NCBI GenBank assembly: GCA_050015395.1
Contig: JBEKBM010000007.1
Location: forward strand, 33,796 to 97,795
DNA length: 64,000 nucleotides
Direction: 5' to 3'
From: Candidatus Bathyarchaeia archaeon
GTDB lineage: Archaea > Thermoproteota > Bathyarchaeia > Bathyarchaeales > Bathycorpusculaceae
Below the pieces are notes generated by a model, which was not told the origin of the DNA, did not search any database, and worked only from the letters and a program-made list of their open reading frames with translations. A program made the position numbers and the translations under genes. Below are positions 59,103 through 64,000 of the stretch, piece after piece (the stretch's first letter is position 1; each line of letters begins with the position of its first letter).

Positions 59103-62100
59103 ATGCCAAGGTCATATTTCGATTCTCTAAACCACTTCATTCGCAGGCGGTACCGATGGGTCATCATAGCCTGGGTGGTTGCAGTACTGCTTTCACTTGT
59201 CCTTATCCCAAGCTTCTTTTCATCCGTTTCCTACAACCTGACAGGCGGGTTTGGGGCGCCTTCAAACACGATGTCGGTTAAAGCAGCTAATATAGTGCAG
59301 GCTCAATTTCCATCATCAACCAATAGCAGTGACAACAGCATCCTTGTGGTCATCCAAGGCGCTCCAGTGTATTCTGACTCGTTACAGCAGGACGTGCTTG
59401 CACTCAACGACACAATATCCAAGGACACAGACATTGGCAATTATACTGGAGAATCAAGCCTTTACTCGCTGGAGGCTAACCTGCTTAAGTCGTCGGTACC
59501 TGACATGCTCAATCAGACGGCAAGTCTACAATCCAACATAATCACGATTAACTCTGGATTATATTCTTTGCAGAGCAACCTATCTGAGTTGAGCACAAAC
59601 CTGTTTCAGCTACAAACTGGCATCAACCAAACAGCCCAACTGGTTTATGGTGTACCAGCGGCATTCGTTGGTGCCTGGCAGGAAATAATCGCACAGGACC
59701 CATCAATCTCGTATGCTGATGCAAATACTAATGCAAACGCCACAGTTTACAATTTAACATCTAATTTCGGAGGCAACCCCCAAACAATCGGATACTACTC
59801 CGCATTCTTTGGCGCTTGGACGGCAAGTTTCCAAGCTCTCCCAAGCAGCACATCAGTATCTGATCGTGAAGCCTTTGCCGTAAATCAAACAGTCACGGCG
59901 ATGATAAGCAGCCAACAGCTTGATGCGCAGACAAGCCAAATGATGGGCGCTGTTGCTTCAGGCTTAACCGTTACTAATTGGAATCAACCTGACGCAGTAG
60001 CGAACTTGACAATTTCAACTATGGCGTCAAGCATCCCTGCGGAACTTTCATCTGCCTTAGGAGCTTCACCAACTAGCCTTGTCAACCAACTATACAGCTT
60101 CGGGTCATCGCCTTCGAATGCGACGCTTGGAAACTATGCAATTACCCTCTTAGAGACAAGCGATTCTAACATTACAACTGCAGACGCGGGGTTTTCAGTT
60201 TCTGACCTGATGCAGTCTACTTATCAGCTTGGCTCATCACCCAACGATACTCAGACATGGAATCTAGCTTGCGATCTTATTTCAAACGCTACCCAAAGCA
60301 CATTTTCAGACTCTCCACTCTTCACCATAAACAGCGCGTCCCTGAGCAATCTCCTATCAGGGCTTTCACCTAACGCAACAACCGCCGATATGACCCTTGC
60401 CATCGACAATGTGATTACAACTCAACCTTACACTGATTATCCGTATGTGCCCACAACCGCCTTGACTGGTAATTTCGTTAATTCTCAAAACGATACGATG
60501 CTGATTGTTCTCGGTTTCTCGTCCAATCCAGACGACAACACTATCGCTCATGTAGAGTCAGATGTAAAAAATTCTGGGTTACAGAACTTTGGCTCGGTTT
60601 ATGTGACTGGCGGCTCAGTTTTGACTAAGGATGTTGCGAAGGCGTTCTTGCCTGCTCTGGAATTAACCGTGGGGCCTGGCATCGCAATTGCCCTTTTAAT
60701 CGTTGGACTACTGTTTTTATCGCCTGTAGCTGCTTTGATTCCTGTGATGCTTGGCGGCGTTTCAATTTCGGTTGCACTTGCCTCCATCTACCTTAGCGTT
60801 GTACGTATTGGTCATGGAACCTTGACTTTCTTAACTCCCACATTAACCATACTGCTGATGCTGGGTCTTGCTGTAGACTACGCTGTGTTGCAGCTTAGAC
60901 GTACAAGAGAAGAGCGGCAAAAAGGCAAATCAATCGAGGAAAGCGTAGGCACCTCAATTAAGTGGGCAGGCCAAGCAGTCCTGACCGCAGGCATAACCGT
61001 AATTGTAGCGTACATCGTCATGGCAGTTGCTAATGTGCCCATCTTTAGCGACGTTGGAACCGCCATAGCACTTGGAGTTGCAATTTTGCTTGTGGCTTCG
61101 CTTACCTTATTGCCTGCCCTTGAGATTGCTTGGGGTGACAGGATTTTCTGGCCTGGACTGAATGGGCAAGGTAAAGCAAAGTCTGATCCTAACAAGAACA
61201 GATTAAGGCGCTTGGCGCATGGTACACTTAAACGTAAAGTGCCCATCGTAATCATCATCAGCATAGTTGCCTTAAGTGCCTTCGTCGTCATGTATAATAC
61301 GCCTACCAGCGATGACTTTCTAAGGCTTATTCCAAACTTCCAAAGCAATCAGGGACTCACCGTCATAGCTAACAGCTTTGGAAGCGGAACAATGGCGCCC
61401 ACTTCCATCATCGTCACAACTCCCACACAGATAACCTATGGAAACAACCAGTTTAACCAGACCTTGCTGAACCAGATTGAGCAAATCACAGCTTCCGCCG
61501 CAGACTCAAAAGGCGTCAGCAGCGTTTCAGGTTTAACTAGACCCTTCGGAAACGTGTTCAACTACTCTTCTGTGGAAAGCATGTCTGAGCCTATCCAAAT
61601 GCAATACGAGAGTCAGATGTTTTCAACAATTGGAAAAGATAACAAGACCGCAGTGATTACTATCGATCTTTCAAATTCATCTGATAGTCTAAGTGCCATC
61701 AACTCCCTGCGTGGGATGGAGAAGAACATCAACCAGCTGCCTTTCATAAGCGGCGTCGCTGTTTACTTTGGAGGGGAAACTCAGTCAACCTACGACAGCC
61801 AAGCGTTCATGGGGAACCTGATTCCAGAAGTTGTAATGATTCTTGCAGCAGCGGTTTACGTAATTTTGTTTTTCCAGCTCCGTTCAGCCTTTACGCCAAT
61901 CCGCCTGATAATTACAATACTTTGTAGCGTCGTGTTCTCTTTAGCCATTATTTCTTTCATATTCTACTATTCCCTTAACCTGCCCATCTTAGACTTTACA
62001 CCCTTATTCGTAGTTGTGACCATGCTGGGTGTAGGAATAGACTACGACATATTCTTCCTCACCCGCATCCGCGAAGAAGTCCTCAACGGCAAAACCGACA

Positions 62101-62366
62101 ACGAAGCAATAGTAACTGCCATCGAGAAAGTCTGGGTAACAATCCTCGGCTTAGGGCTCGTACTCGCCACCGTGTTCGCATCGCTACTTATAACTAACAT
62201 CGCCATCCTTCAAGAAATCAGCCTCGCCGTCGCCGCGGCCATTCTAATAGATGTTACCGTGGTCATCCTTTTCTTCGTGCCCTCACTCATGGGTCTGGCA
62301 CAAAAATTCAACTGGTGGCCCTACAAACTCTCCAGAAACAAAAAACCAGAAAACAACACAAACTGA
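59103..62366 (+). CDS. MMPL/RND-family transporter
   Basis: GLAVDY and GVGIDY motifs, two TM bundles, large extracellular loops. Confidence 0.9.
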   Translation: MPRSYFDSLNHFIRRRYRWVIIAWVVAVLLSLVLIPSFFSSVSYNLTGGFGAPSNTMSVKAANIVQAQFPSSTNSSDNSILVVIQGAPVYSDSLQQDVLALNDTISKDTDIGNYTGESSLYSLEANLLKSSVPDMLNQTASLQSNIITINSGLYSLQSNLSELSTNLFQLQTGINQTAQLVYGVPAAFVGAWQEIIAQDPSISYADANTNANATVYNLTSNFGGNPQTIGYYSAFFGAWTASFQALPSSTSVSDREAFAVNQTVTAMISSQQLDAQTSQMMGAVASGLTVTNWNQPDAVANLTISTMASSIPAELSSALGASPTSLVNQLYSFGSSPSNATLGNYAITLLETSDSNITTADAGFSVSDLMQSTYQLGSSPNDTQTWNLACDLISNATQSTFSDSPLFTINSASLSNLLSGLSPNATTADMTLAIDNVITTQPYTDYPYVPTTALTGNFVNSQNDTMLIVLGFSSNPDDNTIAHVESDVKNSGLQNFGSVYVTGGSVLTKDVAKAFLPALELTVGPGIAIALLIVGLLFLSPVAALIPVMLGGVSISVALASIYLSVVRIGHGTLTFLTPTLTILLMLGLAVDYAVLQLRRTREERQKGKSIEESVGTSIKWAGQAVLTAGITVIVAYIVMAVANVPIFSDVGTAIALGVAILLVASLTLLPALEIAWGDRIFWPGLNGQGKAKSDPNKNRLRRLAHGTLKRKVPIVIIISIVALSAFVVMYNTPTSDDFLRLIPNFQSNQGLTVIANSFGSGTMAPTSIIVTTPTQITYGNNQFNQTLLNQIEQITASAADSKGVSSVSGLTRPFGNVFNYSSVESMSEPIQMQYESQMFSTIGKDNKTAVITIDLSNSSDSLSAINSLRGMEKNINQLPFISGVAVYFGGETQSTYDSQAFMGNLIPEVVMILAAAVYVILFFQLRSAFTPIRLIITILCSVVFSLAIISFIFYYSLNLPILDFTPLFVVVTMLGVGIDYDIFFLTRIREEVLNGKTDNEAIVTAIEKVWVTILGLGLVLATVFASLLITNIAILQEISLAVAAAILIDVTVVILFFVPSLMGLAQKFNWWPYKLSRNKKPENNTN

Positions 62367-62658
62367 ATCTGTAAAGTAAACATATACATACCGAGAAAAA
62401 GGAAAGAATCAAAGAGCTAAAAGACAAAAGGGGCTTATTTGAAAACCTTGCCCGCGGCACCACAAAATCATTTTGTATAAGCTACAGGCAAGCTTATGAG
62501 CGGTCGGTCTCATACGCAGTTAGCGCGGGCGAGCAGGCGTGCAGGAGAGCACACACATACAAATTTTTTACGGAAAAGGAAAGTAAGGGTTTTAGTAAAA
62601 CTAATACGCTCGTAAGTTATTTATACTCAAACGTTGAACATAAACACGAAGGCTTTGT

Positions 62659-63936
62659 ATGCAAGCAAGGACGCGCTTGTTGGTTGGCGTATTTTGTATG
62701 TTGGTGCTACTGTGCTATTTTTTAGGGCTGGTTAGGAGCCAGGACCAAAGCCAGCAGGTGCCAGCACCACAGGTCCAGACAAGTCTGAACCTCCCGGTTG
62801 GCGAGGGTTATGGTCTAGAGATTACTCAAGGATCGGAAGTCAACGCAAACTGGTGTGTTCGAAACTTAACCACCAATGGTGACAATGTCACGGATTGGCA
62901 AGGTAATACATTTTTGAACTTGCAGGGTTCTCAATACATGTACTCGGTCGGTCTTAATTCCATGTACTCTACAAACGGCTATATGGGTACCCCCGCGACT
63001 GGCGTCTACATAAACTGCTCAGGCACAACTATCCCGATTTATCTCTACAACTGCAGCTCTTTCACTATGACGACAAGCAACATAACTTACGTCGACAATG
63101 TCCCGACCTTCAACAACACGATTACGTTCAACAACATTCAAGTGGACACTTATGGGCATGGTCAGTCTTCCGTAACTCTTAAGTTTACACAATCTTTTGT
63201 CGCCAACTGGACAGAATTCACCATCAGAACAGACACGTTCGCAGACCTTTCCAACCTGACACGCTACACCAGTAGCAGTAACGAAGCGCCTGCGAATTCG
63301 AATTTTTCAATCAACTTCAATTACAACGTGGACCTGTTTAACCAGACTGAAGTCAATCTTCAGGGGAATATAACTAACTTACTTGGAAAACCCGCTTGCG
63401 TGTTAACTGCCACTAATGTCACTTCGACTGAGGCCTTCTACAGCATTCAAGGCGTGGGAAACCTGCAGTACTCGCTTGCCAACATGACGCTCGCAGACAG
63501 CTACGTTGAGTCGCAGGGAAACACGCACATTGCTAACAAGACCGTTGCCTCAGGCTTAGACGTTAGTGGAGAGTATCTGCTCCAGACGTTTGATAACTTG
63601 ACTTATGGCTTGACCACAAGCATTGAGAGCGACCCGACAATCACTATTGTACACGATAGTCTCGCTACTGTCACTTCTACGCCTACAGCTACGCCGACCC
63701 AAACTTCATCTTCATCTACTTCTTCAACGTCTTCATCTAGTTCTTCTTCTAGCTCTTCATCCAGCTCTTCTCCTTCCCCTTCACCGACTTCGTCTGCGTC
63801 TCCTCAACTAGTCCCAGAAATCCCAGCATTACCCATAGCAGGAGTTGCAATGCTAGCGATAACACTGCTTGCAGTTGACGGTGTGCAGGCTAAAAAAAGA
63901 GAGCGCGCCAGTCCGTTGCTAAATTATTTGGATTGA
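62659..63936 (+). CDS. Secreted surface glycoprotein with PEF-CTERM-like sorting signal
   Basis: Signal peptide, many sequons, Ser/Thr/Pro linker, VPEIP + TM + basic tail. Confidence 0.75.
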   Translation: MQARTRLLVGVFCMLVLLCYFLGLVRSQDQSQQVPAPQVQTSLNLPVGEGYGLEITQGSEVNANWCVRNLTTNGDNVTDWQGNTFLNLQGSQYMYSVGLNSMYSTNGYMGTPATGVYINCSGTTIPIYLYNCSSFTMTTSNITYVDNVPTFNNTITFNNIQVDTYGHGQSSVTLKFTQSFVANWTEFTIRTDTFADLSNLTRYTSSSNEAPANSNFSINFNYNVDLFNQTEVNLQGNITNLLGKPACVLTATNVTSTEAFYSIQGVGNLQYSLANMTLADSYVESQGNTHIANKTVASGLDVSGEYLLQTFDNLTYGLTTSIESDPTITIVHDSLATVTSTPTATPTQTSSSSTSSTSSSSSSSSSSSSSSPSPSPTSSASPQLVPEIPALPIAGVAMLAITLLAVDGVQAKKRERASPLLNYLD

Positions 63937-64000
63937 CATTTTCTTGCTTTATCAATTTGTATTCGATTGAATAAACAGTCTAGTATGGAGAAGAATGAGG

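Noticed and set aside
63690-63800. TCT/TCA-rich repeat
   Set aside because: It encodes an ordinary Ser-rich linker of the surface protein.

Overview
Archaeal chromosomal DNA. A TACK lineage, most likely Bathyarchaeia, is inferred from ribosomal protein L38e, Tsr3, a tRNA with a non-canonical BHB intron and PEF-CTERM-like sorting. Housekeeping genes (RNase J-like, mtnP, apt, nnr, tsr3, pncA, yjbQ, rpl38e, four tRNAs) alternate with accessory blocks. Three structures stand out. (1) A precisely bounded 10,626-bp integrated element (15667-26304) with a palindromic attP sits in the overlapping stop codons of two convergent genes. It encodes an integrase, a replication ATPase, a regulator, TerS/TerL and a prohead protease-scaffold, but no recognisable capsid, portal or tail, so it is a candidate archaeal virus satellite. 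(2) At tRNA-Phe, two decayed copies of the promoter plus tRNA 5' end precede a LAGLIDADG gene and an HNH gene, followed by the intact intron-containing tRNA. (3) Seven intergenic copies of a ~26-bp motif (TGTATACAAAAGCATCAACNAAACAC) lie within 11.5 kb around a gene-free gap and an Hjc-like nuclease. Also found: a HicBA pair between 149-bp direct repeats, a BlaI/BlaR/HtrA module with three operators, two ORFs apparently starting at ACG, and an NTPase ORF missing from the ORF track. All protein calls come from motif recognition by eye; no database searches were run.
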